Positions 10,983 to 20,048 of a stretch of DNA of 59,608 nucleotides are shown in pieces. This DNA is from Planctomycetota bacterium (GTDB lineage: Bacteria; Planctomycetota; UBA1135; GCA-002686595). The notes beneath the pieces were generated by a model. It ran no database searches, was not told where the DNA came from, and was given only the letters and a program-made list of their open reading frames with translations. The position numbers and the translations under genes are program-made. The stretch is from assembly GCA_039029355.1 (NCBI GenBank), contig JBCCGI010000051.1, positions 1 through 59,608 of the forward strand, given 5' to 3'. The first letter of the stretch is position 1. Each line of letters opens with the position of its first letter.

Positions 10983-13457
10983 TTACCGGTTCGCGGGCGC
11001 CGCAGCCTCGTCGGCGGCGGCCTCCGGCCCGGTGGCGCCGGCCTCGAGCACGCCGCCCGCGGCCATGTGACGGTCCAGCCAGTCGATCATCTCGGCCAGC
11101 ACGTGGAGCACGCTCTCGCGGGCGCGGTACCCGTGGCTCTCGTGCGGCAGCACGACGTGGCGCGCGGTGCCGCCCAGCCCCTTGATGGCCTGGTAGAGCC
11201 GCTCGGACTGCATCGGGAAGGTGCCCGAGTTGTTGTCCACCGCGCCGTGGATCAGGAGCAGCGGCTCGCCCATCCCGTCGGCGTGCAGGAAGGGAGAGAC
11301 CGAGACGTAGGTGTCGGTCGCCTCCCACACCGTCCGGCGCTCGGCCTGGAAGCCGAACGGGGTCAGCGTGCGGTTGTAGGCCCCGCTGCGCGCGATGCCG
11401 GCGCGGAAGAGGTCGGTGTGCGCCAGCAGGTTGGCCGTCATGAAGGCCCCGTAGCTGTGCCCCCCCACCGCCGCGCGCGCGGGGTCGGCGACGCCCATCT
11501 CGTCGGCCACGCGGATGGCCGCCTCGGCGGCCATCGTGATCTGCTCGACGAAGGTGTCGTTCATCGTCTCGGCGTCGCCGATGACCGGCATCGCCGCGTT
11601 GTCGAGCACCGCGTAGCCCTGGGTCAGCAGGAACAGGTGCGAGTAGCTCGCGAAGCGCGTGAAGCGGTACGGCGTGCCGGAAACCTGCCCCGCCGTCGAA
11701 GGATCGTTGAACTCGCGCGGGTAGGCCCAGACGAAGAGCGGGAGCCGCGTGCCCTCCTCGTAGCCCGCCGGCAGGTACAGCGTCGCGGAGAGCGGCACGC
11801 CGTCGGCGCGCTCGTACGTGATCAGCTCCTTCTTCACCCCGCGCAGCGACGGCTGCGGGTCGGGATAGTCGGTGAGCCGCGCCACCTTGGCCGCGTCCTC
11901 GAGGTCGCGCAGACGCCAGTTCGGCGGCTCCGCGGGGCTCTCATAGCGCGTGACGAAGGACGGCTTGCGCTCGGTCCCGCCGCGCACGAGCGCGACGACG
12001 CTCTCGTAGCAGCCCGGCGCGCAGCGCCACAGCCGCTCGACGCCGAGGGTCGCGAGCTCGACCCGATCGAGGAACGGACGCGCCCCCCCGTCGGCGGCGC
12101 CGTAACCGCTGCGGTAGATCCAGCCGCCGTCCTGGCGGACGACGAGCGAGCCGCGTCCGTCGTAGCGCAGCACCGGGTCGCCCGGGTCGCCGTAGCGGTC
12201 GCGCACGCTGCGATCCTCGAGCACGCGCCGCTCGGCCGACGGATCCTTCAGGTCGACGATCGCGCTGTGCGTCCAGCGCCGGTCGCGGTCGTACTCGGAG
12301 AAGACGGCGAGCCCGGGGTCCTCCATCCACGTCAGGCCGGTCGCGCGCTGCGCGACGCGCGCGAGCTCGCGCGGGGCTCCGTCGAAGGGCGCCGGCAGGC
12401 TCAGCCAGCGGTCGCGGTGCTCGACCTCGGCCTTGGGGTCGCCGCCGTCGAGGGCCTCGGCCCAGACCAGCGTCGCCGGCTCGCCGGCCTTCCAGCGCGC
12501 CATGCGGGGCCCGGTGCGCACCCCGCCGATCGGGATGCTCTCGGCCAACGGCACGTCGGCGAGCAGGTGACGCGTGCCGCCGTTCAGGTCGCGCACCTCG
12601 ATCCGCTGGGGGAACGAGTAGTACGGCATGAGGTACGAGAACGGCCGGTGAATCTCGCTGACGAGCAGGTTCTCGCCATCCGGCGACGGCGTCGCGGACA
12701 TCACGATGCCCGGGCGTCCCACCGGCGCGAGCTTGCCGTCGCCCGGCGTCCAGACCGCCAGCTGGGTCACGCCGTAGTGCTCGAACAGCTGCGCGTCATG
12801 CTCGTCGTCGAGCAGGTCCTGGTAGGTCCGCAGCGGCGAGGCGTCCCCGCTGGTCTCCTGCGTGATCGGACCGGCCGGCACCGCCGGGCGCTCGGGCGCC
12901 GCTCCGCGCCCCGAGGGCACGAGGTGCACCAGGAGGCGCGCTCCGTCCGGCATCCAGCGGAAGCCGTTGCCGAAGACCGCGTTCAGCCGGTCGGTCACCT
13001 TCACCGGAGCGTCGGGAGCGTCGACCTGGGCGACCCAGAGCTCGACGCCGTCGTCGGCGCGCAGCGTGTAGGCGAGCGCACGCGACGTGTGCGACCAGCG
13101 CGCGCTCATCAGCCGCGCGCCATCCGCGAGCGGGATGCGGTACTCGGCGCCGCCCTGCACCTCGCGCAGCAGCAGGCCGAGGTCGAAGCCGGTGCGGTAG
13201 CCGGCGTTGGCCGTCGGATCGACGCGCAGCCCGGCCAGCGGGAGCCACGGTCGGGCGACGTCGGCGATCGCCGGCAGGGCGCCGCGCTCGGAGATCAGCA
13301 TCCAACGCGCGTCGGGGCTGACCTGCACGGACGGGGTCGCGGGAGCGTCGACGAGCTCGACGACCTCCGGCGGGGGCAGGCGGTAGGCCTCCTGGGCGCT
13401 GGGGGCGGCGGAGAGGGCGACGAGGAGCGAGAAGACGGCCGGGGCTGCGGTCATGCG
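10983..13457 (-). CDS. S9 family (prolyl oligopeptidase-type) serine peptidase with an N-terminal beta-propeller; secreted.
   Basis: Signal peptide MTAAPAVFSLLVALSAAPSAQE. Catalytic GGHSYGAF. C-terminal alpha/beta hydrolase with D and H (LLIHGAVDNN...HESHGY). Confidence 0.85.
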   Translation of the reverse strand, partial: RMTAAPAVFSLLVALSAAPSAQEAYRLPPPEVVELVDAPATPSVQVSPDARWMLISERGALPAIADVARPWLPLAGLRVDPTANAGYRTGFDLGLLLREVQGGAEYRIPLADGARLMSARWSHTSRALAYTLRADDGVELWVAQVDAPDAPVKVTDRLNAVFGNGFRWMPDGARLLVHLVPSGRGAAPERPAVPAGPITQETSGDASPLRTYQDLLDDEHDAQLFEHYGVTQLAVWTPGDGKLAPVGRPGIVMSATPSPDGENLLVSEIHRPFSYLMPYYSFPQRIEVRDLNGGTRHLLADVPLAESIPIGGVRTGPRMARWKAGEPATLVWAEALDGGDPKAEVEHRDRWLSLPAPFDGAPRELARVAQRATGLTWMEDPGLAVFSEYDRDRRWTHSAIVDLKDPSAERRVLEDRSVRDRYGDPGDPVLRYDGRGSLVVRQDGGWIYRSGYGAADGGARPFLDRVELATLGVERLWRCAPGCYESVVALVRGGTERKPSFVTRYESPAEPPNWRLRDLEDAAKVARLTDYPDPQPSLRGVKKELITYERADGVPLSATLYLPAGYEEGTRLPLFVWAYPREFNDPSTAGQVSGTPYRFTRFASYSHLFLLTQGYAVLDNAAMPVIGDAETMNDTFVEQITMAAEAAIRVADEMGVADPARAAVGGHSYGAFMTANLLAHTDLFRAGIARSGAYNRTLTPFGFQAERRTVWEATDTYVSVSPFLHADGMGEPLLLIHGAVDNNSGTFPMQSERLYQAIKGLGGTARHVVLPHESHGYRARESVLHVLAEMIDWLDRHMAAGGVLEAGATGPEAAADEAAAPANR

Positions 13458-13635
13458 GGTTCCGTTACAGGCGGGAGGAAGGAGCCAAGGGGCGCTCGAT
13501 CCCACGATTCTAGGGAGGGCTCCATTGCGGGCCGTTCAAAAAAGGTACGACGAAGGCGAAAGGTCTGCGGCCTCGCGGCCGATCGCCAACGGGTTCGGGC
13601 CCCTCGCCGGGGCCGCCCTCCGAGCTCCCCTCGCC

Positions 13636-14100
13636 ATGAACGAACCCTTCCTACACCGCGCGATCGAGCTGGCCCGCGCGTCGGTCGCCACCGGCGGCGG
13701 CCCCTTCGGAGCCGTGGTGGTGCGGGGCGGAGAGGTCGTCGCCGAGGGCGCAAACCGCGTCGTGCTCGGCTGCGACCCGACCGCCCACGCCGAGGTCGAG
13801 GCGATCCGCAACGCGTGCCGCGCGCTGGGCACCCACGACCTCGCGGGATGCGAGCTGTACGCGAGCAGCGAGCCCTGCCCGATGTGCGCCGCCGCGATCC
13901 ACTGGGCGCGCGTCGACCGGCTGGTGTACGCAGCGTCGCGCGACGACGCCGCCGCGGCCGGCTTCGACGACGAGCTGCTCTTCCGCGACCTGGGCGCGCC
14001 GCCCGAGGAGCGCCGCGTGCCGGGCCGGCGCGCGCTGGCCGACGAGGGGCGCGCCGTCTTCGACCTGTGGCGCGCTAAGGCCGACCGGGTTCCGTACTAG
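13636..14100 (+). CDS. CMP/dCMP-type zinc-dependent nucleoside deaminase (guanine deaminase / TadA-like).
   Basis: HAEVEAIRNA ... SEPCPMCAAAI zinc-binding motifs. Start taken at MNEPFLHRAIELA, typical of this family; the ORF track offers a longer alternative start at 13453. Confidence 0.8.
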   Translation: MNEPFLHRAIELARASVATGGGPFGAVVVRGGEVVAEGANRVVLGCDPTAHAEVEAIRNACRALGTHDLAGCELYASSEPCPMCAAAIHWARVDRLVYAASRDDAAAAGFDDELLFRDLGAPPEERRVPGRRALADEGRAVFDLWRAKADRVPY

Positions 14101-14737
14101 CGGGCTCCTCGGCCGGCGGCTCGGAGTCCTTCTCGAAGAGCTTGCCGGTCTCGTCCCACAGCTTCCAGCGGCCGACCCGCCGGCCCGCGTCGTAGACGCC
14201 CTCGGCCCGCTTGCGCCCCTCGCGGTCGTAGATCGTCCACCAGCCATGGCGGCGGCTGTGCTCGAACGGGCCGACCTCAGCGACGGCGCCGTTCGAGTGC
14301 CAGTAGGTCCACTCGCCTTCGCGCACGCCGCCGATGCCCATCCCCTGGCCGCGCGGAGAGCCGTCGGGGTACCACCACTTCATGGGCAGCAGCGCGGCGC
14401 CGTCGCCGATCTCGACCACCGACTCGCGCGAGCCATCCTCGTAGAACGTGCGCCAGGTGCCGGTCGGGTCGCCTTGGCGGAAGTCGCGCTCGGCCTTCGT
14501 GGCTCCGTCCTCGTACCACTCCAGCTCCTCGCCGTGCTTGACGGTGCGGCCGTCGGGGTGGACCAGCACCACGTAGCTCTTCTTGAGCTGCTCGCGGCCG
14601 GGGAACCACACGCGGCGCATCTCGGAGGTCGGAGGATCGTCGGCGCCGGGGACCGGCGGCGGATCGACGGAGACGCGGCAGCTCCCCGCGAGAACGGGGA
14701 GCGTGGCGAGGACGAGGACTGCTGCCGTGGACCTCAT
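14075..14737 (-). CDS. MORN-repeat lipoprotein (YwqK-like repeat family).
   Basis: ATG at 14737 (MRSTAAVLVLATLPVLAGSC, lipobox). Repeated WYEDG / WYPDGS / YWHSNG / WTIYDREG / WKLWDETG MORN-like units. Follows the M14 peptidase stop immediately. Confidence 0.6.
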   Translation of the reverse strand: MRSTAAVLVLATLPVLAGSCRVSVDPPPVPGADDPPTSEMRRVWFPGREQLKKSYVVLVHPDGRTVKHGEELEWYEDGATKAERDFRQGDPTGTWRTFYEDGSRESVVEIGDGAALLPMKWWYPDGSPRGQGMGIGGVREGEWTYWHSNGAVAEVGPFEHSRRHGWWTIYDREGRKRAEGVYDAGRRVGRWKLWDETGKLFEKDSEPPAEEPASTEPGRP

Positions 14738-14738
14738 C

Positions 14739-17159
14739 TCATTCGGCATCGAGGAAGAGCGCGCGCAGCACGAGCTGGAAGGCCTGCTGCGACCAACCGC
14801 GGTACTGCGGGCGGAACCCGAAGAGGTGCACCGCTCCGTCCCCGACCTCGGCCCGCGCCCAGGCGACGCGCTCGGCGATCCGCTCCGGCTCGCGGATCCA
14901 GCCGGAGAGCAGCACGCGCGTCGGCGCGTAGCGCAGCAGCACTTCGACCGGCGGTGCCGCAGGGGGCTCCGGCTCGCCCTTGGGGGCCTTGCGCTCGACC
15001 GTCTTCCAGGCCGCCGAGCGCGAGAAGAACAGCGCGATCGAGTCCGGCAGCCCCTCGGTGAGCGCCGCGTCCTCCGGGACGGCACGCAGCACGCTGCCGG
15101 GACACGAGAAGTCGCCGGAGTCCTCGCCGCGGGTCACGTCGGCCAGCGGCAGCCCGAACAGCTCGATCGCCCAGGCGGCCGAGCTCGCGATCGCGATCAG
15201 CTTCCCGCCGTGCTGCACGAAGCTCTCCACCGCCACCGCGCCCTCGGGGTCGAGGCCGCCGGTGTAGCGCTCCGGAACGCTGCCCGCGGGCCGCCCGCGG
15301 TCGAGCTGGCCGGAGGTGAGGCTCGGCAGGATCAGCATGTCGAGGAAGTCGCCAAGCTCGCCGGCGCGCAGCATCTCGTTGCGCACCAGCACGTACGGGA
15401 CGCCGAACGAGTCCAGGTTGTAGCGCAGCCACCCCTCGTTCATGCTGCCCTGCCACGGCGAGTACACACCGATGCGCGGCATCCCTTCGAACGGCGAACC
15501 GCCGGCCCGGTTGCCGAAGCGCACCTTGCCCTCGGCGATGTCGAAGCGCCCGCCGCCCGCGAGCTCCTTAGCCACGCGGCGCCAGGTGTCGCTGTCGACC
15601 AGGTCGCCCGAACCCAGCTCGAAGCCCACGACGGCTTCGTCCGGAGTCTCCGCCTCGCGCAGCTCGACGTCGAGCTCCCCCATCACCTCGACGCGGCGCA
15701 CGCCGAGCAGGAAGGGCAGCGTCCAGCCCGCGACGTCGTACGGCGGGTCGCCTTCTGGGTAGTCCTGCACCTCGAACAGGTCGCGCACGTGGTTGCCGTA
15801 GGGCTGGTCGGCGCGCAGCACGATCGAGCCCGCCGGCCAGCGGCGCCCGTCGGCCGCGAACGCGCGGTCGACGACGTGCGCCTCGACGCCGGCGAGCAGC
15901 AGCGCGTCCATCAGCCGACGCACCGCGCCGACGTCGCGGTTGTCGCTGGGCACGATCCAGGCCCGCGGCGAGCCCTCGGCCCCCCGCTGAATCGAGCGCT
16001 CCGCGGCGGCGAGCGCATTCTCGAGCCACAGCCGCGGCTCGCGCGCGAGGCTGCCGAGGAGCGACTCGGCGAAGACGTGCTCGTAGTCGATGATGTCGCG
16101 GATGCGCCACCACCCGCCGGGCCACGGCGCGGGGAAGCGGTTGGACGGCCCGTAGCCGCCCTGGATTCCGCGCGGCGCGCCCAGCTCGGACAGCGGGCGG
16201 AACACCGGCGAGGCCAGGTTCACCGAGGCCGCCTCGGTCAGGAGCCCGACGATGTTGTGGCGCACCGGCACGTTGCGGTTGCCGCCGTTCCACCACATGT
16301 CGTACGTGACGCCGGTCGAAACGCCGGTGAGTCCCGCGCGCGTCATGTCGAAGAGCGCGCGCGTGCCGATCTGGTCGATGCCGGTGATGATGCCCGGGTC
16401 GAGGTTCGGGTTGAGCGGGTCGCGGAAGGGCGGCACGAACATGCGCTCGCGCGTGCTGCCCTGCTGGTGCACGTCCCAGTAGACCTGCGGGAACCACTCG
16501 CCATACAGCAGCCGCGTGACGATGCGCGTCTCGTTCTGCGTCAGCATGAACCAGTCGCGGTTGTTGTCGTGGCCCGAGTAGTACTGGTAGAGCTTCAGCA
16601 GCCCCGACGCCTCGTACGGCGTGCCGACGGTCTCGCGGTACCACGAGACGACGTGGTCCTGCCCGTCGGGGTTGAGGCAGGGCGCGATCAGGATCAGGAG
16701 CTCCTCGCGCGCGCTCTTGTACGGCTCCTCCTCGGAGGTCGCGAGGTTGTAAGCGAGCTCGAGCCCGAACTGCGGCGCCGCGGTCTCGGTCGAGTGCATC
16801 CCCAGCGAGATGAAGAGGATCGGCTTGGCCGCGTCGAGCAGCGCTTCCTTCTCCTCGTCGCTGAGCCCGCGCGGGTCGGCGATCTGCCGCGTGAGGCCAC
16901 GCAGCTCGTCGCGGCGCGCGAGGTTCGCCGGGGTCGAGATCATCGAGAGCAGGAACTCGCGCCCCTCGGTCGTCTCTCCGACGACGTCGACGAGGACGCG
17001 CTCGCTCTCCTCGGCCAGGCGCTTGTGGTAGCTGGACACCTCGTCCCAGTCCGCCAGCTCGAAGTCGCGCCCGACCGGACGGCCGAGGTGCTCTTCGGGG
17101 GTGGTGACACCCTGGGCGGGCAGGAGGAGGGCGAGGTGGGCGAGGGCGGTCGGGATCAT
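14739..17159 (-). CDS. Secreted M14 family zinc carboxypeptidase-like protein with large C-terminal extra domains.
   Basis: Signal peptide MIPTALAHLALLLPAQG. HSTE zinc-ligand motif, NPDG, HDNNRD. ATG at 17159 with GGAG 6 nt upstream. Confidence 0.8.
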   Translation of the reverse strand: MIPTALAHLALLLPAQGVTTPEEHLGRPVGRDFELADWDEVSSYHKRLAEESERVLVDVVGETTEGREFLLSMISTPANLARRDELRGLTRQIADPRGLSDEEKEALLDAAKPILFISLGMHSTETAAPQFGLELAYNLATSEEEPYKSAREELLILIAPCLNPDGQDHVVSWYRETVGTPYEASGLLKLYQYYSGHDNNRDWFMLTQNETRIVTRLLYGEWFPQVYWDVHQQGSTRERMFVPPFRDPLNPNLDPGIITGIDQIGTRALFDMTRAGLTGVSTGVTYDMWWNGGNRNVPVRHNIVGLLTEAASVNLASPVFRPLSELGAPRGIQGGYGPSNRFPAPWPGGWWRIRDIIDYEHVFAESLLGSLAREPRLWLENALAAAERSIQRGAEGSPRAWIVPSDNRDVGAVRRLMDALLLAGVEAHVVDRAFAADGRRWPAGSIVLRADQPYGNHVRDLFEVQDYPEGDPPYDVAGWTLPFLLGVRRVEVMGELDVELREAETPDEAVVGFELGSGDLVDSDTWRRVAKELAGGGRFDIAEGKVRFGNRAGGSPFEGMPRIGVYSPWQGSMNEGWLRYNLDSFGVPYVLVRNEMLRAGELGDFLDMLILPSLTSGQLDRGRPAGSVPERYTGGLDPEGAVAVESFVQHGGKLIAIASSAAWAIELFGLPLADVTRGEDSGDFSCPGSVLRAVPEDAALTEGLPDSIALFFSRSAAWKTVERKAPKGEPEPPAAPPVEVLLRYAPTRVLLSGWIREPERIAERVAWARAEVGDGAVHLFGFRPQYRGWSQQAFQLVLRALFLDAE

Positions 17160-17184
17160 GGATGCGCTCCTGGGGGTGAGGCGC

Positions 17185-17808
17185 TCAGGATAGCGGCCCG
17201 CCGTCCGCGCGGAACGCCGCGCCGGTAAGCGGCACAAATCGAACGGGGAAGAGCTCCTGGACGCGGACGCCCTCGCCCTCGCGCCGCACGGCGATCAGGC
17301 GCTGGTCGGCCTCCCCTACCGGGAGCACCAGGCGGCCGCCCGGCGCGAGCTGATCGACCAGCGCGGCGGGGACGCTCGGCGGCGCTGCGGCCACCACGAC
17401 CGCGTCCCACGGCGCGCCGGCGGCGTGGCCGGCCCCGCCGTCGGCGCAGAGCACGCGCGCCGGGCAGCCCAGAGCGGCGAGCCGCTGCGCGCAGTCCTCG
17501 GCCAGCTCGGGCACGATCTCGAGCGCGACGACCTCGGCCGCCAGCTCGGCCAGGACCGCGGTCTGATAGCCGCATCCGGCCCCGACCTCGAGCACCCGAC
17601 CGCCGGGTCGCGGCAGCGCCGCCTGGACCATGCGCGCGACCACGTAGGGCTGGGAGATGGTCTGGCCGTGCCCGATCGGCAGGGGGCCGTCCTCGTAGGC
17701 GTGGCGCGCGAGCTCGGGCGGGACGAAGGCGTGCCGCGGCACCCGCCGCATCGCGGCGAGGACGCGCTGGTCGCTCACGTCCCGCGCTGCGAGCTGCGTC
17801 GCGACCAT
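17185..17808 (-). CDS. pcm: Protein-L-isoaspartate O-methyltransferase.
   Basis: GQTISQPYVVARM, VLEVGAGCGYQTAVLA (SAM motif I). Typical length of 207 aa. Confidence 0.9.
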   Translation of the reverse strand: MVATQLAARDVSDQRVLAAMRRVPRHAFVPPELARHAYEDGPLPIGHGQTISQPYVVARMVQAALPRPGGRVLEVGAGCGYQTAVLAELAAEVVALEIVPELAEDCAQRLAALGCPARVLCADGGAGHAAGAPWDAVVVAAAPPSVPAALVDQLAPGGRLVLPVGEADQRLIAVRREGEGVRVQELFPVRFVPLTGAAFRADGGPLS

Positions 17809-17951
17809 GGCCGCGCGCTCTTCGGCGCGCTCTGCCCAGGGATCTTGCGTGGCGGCGGCTCCTTCGGTGATTCAGGATAACAGCGCGCGAGGACCGCCGT
17901 CCTGCGGCTCGAACGCCCTCCCCGCGCACCCACGACAAGGACCAGAACGCC

Positions 17952-18500
17952 ATGTGGAAGCCGCTCAGCGCCACCCTCGCCCTCGCCGCCGCCCTCTCCT
18001 TTCTCCTGCTGCCGACGCCCGCGCCCGCGGCCGCCCGTGCGCCGCTGGGACCGGGCGGGGTGCTCGACGCCCACCGCAAGCTGTTCGCCGCGATGGACGC
18101 GCGCGACGTCGAAGGCGTGCGCGCGCTGCTGGCGCCCCAGGTCGGAGGCGCCACGGTGAACGCCGAGGGCGATTGGGGCGACCCGATCGGGTTCCGCGCG
18201 TACGTGCTCGACGACAAGGGGCTGCCGCGCTCGGTCGACAAGGAGCTGGCCGCGGTCAAGTGGCTGCTGGCGATGGATGCGACCGCGCTCCCGGACGGCT
18301 CCTCGGGATGGAGCACGCGCATCGTCGACGCGTGGCTCGACTGCCCTAGCGGCGACGCGTCCTACGCAACGCTCGAGCTGGAGCGCACCGCGCGCGGCGG
18401 CGACGAGGTGGTCACGCGCCGCTACCGCAGCACGTCGCTGGTCGCACACCGCGACGGGGATTGGTCGATCTGGCACCTGCACGTGTCGCCGTCGAAGTAG
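17952..18500 (+). CDS. Secreted NTF2-like/SnoaL-like fold protein of unknown function.
   Basis: Signal peptide MWKPLSATLALAAALSFLLLPTPAPAAA. Size and the W/D pattern (DGDWSIWHLHVS) resemble DUF4440/SnoaL. Weak assignment. Confidence 0.45.
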   Translation: MWKPLSATLALAAALSFLLLPTPAPAAARAPLGPGGVLDAHRKLFAAMDARDVEGVRALLAPQVGGATVNAEGDWGDPIGFRAYVLDDKGLPRSVDKELAAVKWLLAMDATALPDGSSGWSTRIVDAWLDCPSGDASYATLELERTARGGDEVVTRRYRSTSLVAHRDGDWSIWHLHVSPSK

Positions 18501-18569
18501 CCAAAAGGCGGCCGCCGGGCAGGAATCGGTGGCTCCTCGCGGCGGGGTCCGGCAGACTCGGAGACCGCG

Positions 18570-20048
18570 ATGGTCGACGACCCGAGAGAGCCGGGCTCCG
18601 CCCCCGCAGGCGGCATTCCCGACGAGCCCGAGGGCACACCCCAGCTCGGCGACCGCACGCGCGAGTTCGACGAGGGCCAGCCGGTCCTCGAGCTGCCGCC
18701 GACCGACTTCTGGGAGGCCCTCTACGGCCGCCGCTCGATCCGCAAGTTCCGCGACGACCCGGTCCCGCGCGAGCTCGTTGACCAGGTGATGCACGCGGGT
18801 ATCTGGGCGCCCTCGTCCTGCAACTACCAGATGTGGGATCTGGTCGCGGTCGACGACACCGAGGTCAACGCGCAGCTGGGAGCGCTCTCGCTGCAGATGG
18901 CGAACGCGCCGGTGAACATCATCGTGTCCTACGGACGCGACTTCTCGGAGGAGGCCTGGGCGAACATCCAGTCGGCGAGCGCGCTGATCCAGAACATGAG
19001 CCTGGCCGCGCATGCGCTCGGGCTCGGAACCTTCTGGATCACGCAGATGGGCGGAGCCGAGAAGGTGCGCGAGACCGTCGGGCTGCCCTACGACCGGCTG
19101 GTGATCGCGGTGCTCGCGCTCGGCTACCCGAAGTTCGCGCCGAAGAAGGGCCCCAAGCGCCGCCCGCTGGGGCAGGTCACGCACTGGAACCACTACGCGG
19201 GCGAGCCGATCCCGTCGTCGCCGAACCCCGCCGACTGGTCGCCTGAGCTCCTGACCATCTACCAGCGCGCGCGGGTGCTGAACGGCCTGCGGCACAACAA
19301 GCCGCGCGCCTGGGAGACGCGCGCGCTGCTCGCGGTGCTCGAGCGCTTCGTACCCGCGGCGGCGGACGGCACCGAGCCGCGCTGGCTCGACGTGCTGCCG
19401 TGTACCGGGCTCCTGACCGAGCGCATGGGCCGCGAGCGCAAGGGCTACCGCTTCGACGTGGCCGAACGCTCTCCCGAGGTGGCCGAGTTCGTCGCGCGCC
19501 GCACCCGTCCGCCGGCGGGCGCCCGGGCGTGGCCGCCGCCCGCCGCGGCCGAGGGCTTCCCGCTGCCCGACGACGGCGCTTACGACGTCGTGACGTGCCT
19601 CTTCCGACTCGAGGACCTCGCTCCCGCCGACCGGCCCGAGCTCGTCGCGGCGATCGCGCGCTGGTTGAAGCCCGGCGGTGTCGCGGTGCTGGGCTTCGTT
19701 TCGCGGCGCTCGTTCCACCTCTGGACCGAGCGGCTGCGCGCGCGCCGCGGCGGGCCGAGGGGCGTTGAGTACGTGCTGTCGCCCGACCCGAACATCGGCC
19801 CGTTCGAGCCCCTGGATCCGGCCGAGGTCGAGCGCCTGGCGGCCGAGGCCGGGCTCGCGGTCGACGAGCGCATGACGCTCCAGGCGGTACCGCAGCCCGA
19901 GGAGCTCGCCTTCCGCACGCGCAACTTCTCGCCGCGGGGCAAGAAGGTCGCCGGAGCGGTGGGGAGCGCGCTCGGGTGGCTCGAGCGCGTGCCCGGCGTC
20001 GAGCACGCCCGCGGGCGCTTCCGCTTCCTGCGGCTGCGACGCGACTAG
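18570..20048 (+). CDS. Fusion protein: an N-terminal nitroreductase-family domain and a C-terminal SAM-dependent methyltransferase-like domain.
   Basis: RRSIRKFRDDPVPRELVDQVMHAGIWAPSSCNYQMWDLVAV is a nitroreductase signature. The C-terminal YDVVTCLFRLEDLAPADRPELVAAIARWLKPGGVAVL is methyltransferase post-I/II-like. The ORF is a single unbroken frame. Confidence 0.7.
   Translation: MVDDPREPGSAPAGGIPDEPEGTPQLGDRTREFDEGQPVLELPPTDFWEALYGRRSIRKFRDDPVPRELVDQVMHAGIWAPSSCNYQMWDLVAVDDTEVNAQLGALSLQMANAPVNIIVSYGRDFSEEAWANIQSASALIQNMSLAAHALGLGTFWITQMGGAEKVRETVGLPYDRLVIAVLALGYPKFAPKKGPKRRPLGQVTHWNHYAGEPIPSSPNPADWSPELLTIYQRARVLNGLRHNKPRAWETRALLAVLERFVPAAADGTEPRWLDVLPCTGLLTERMGRERKGYRFDVAERSPEVAEFVARRTRPPAGARAWPPPAAAEGFPLPDDGAYDVVTCLFRLEDLAPADRPELVAAIARWLKPGGVAVLGFVSRRSFHLWTERLRARRGGPRGVEYVLSPDPNIGPFEPLDPAEVERLAAEAGLAVDERMTLQAVPQPEELAFRTRNFSPRGKKVAGAVGSALGWLERVPGVEHARGRFRFLRLRRD

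Noticed and set aside
13453-13635. Longer N-terminal extension of the deaminase ORF (start at 13453).
   Set aside because: The extension is Arg/Gly/Ala-rich and would overlap the divergent S9 peptidase start region. The family-typical N-terminus begins at MNEPFLHRAIELA.
17156-18322. 388-aa minus ORF spanning pcm and the downstream region; also 17775..20876 (1033 aa, minus).
   Set aside because: They overlap pcm, the NTF2-like gene and the nitroreductase fusion, which have clear motifs. Their composition is Arg/Gly/Ala junk.
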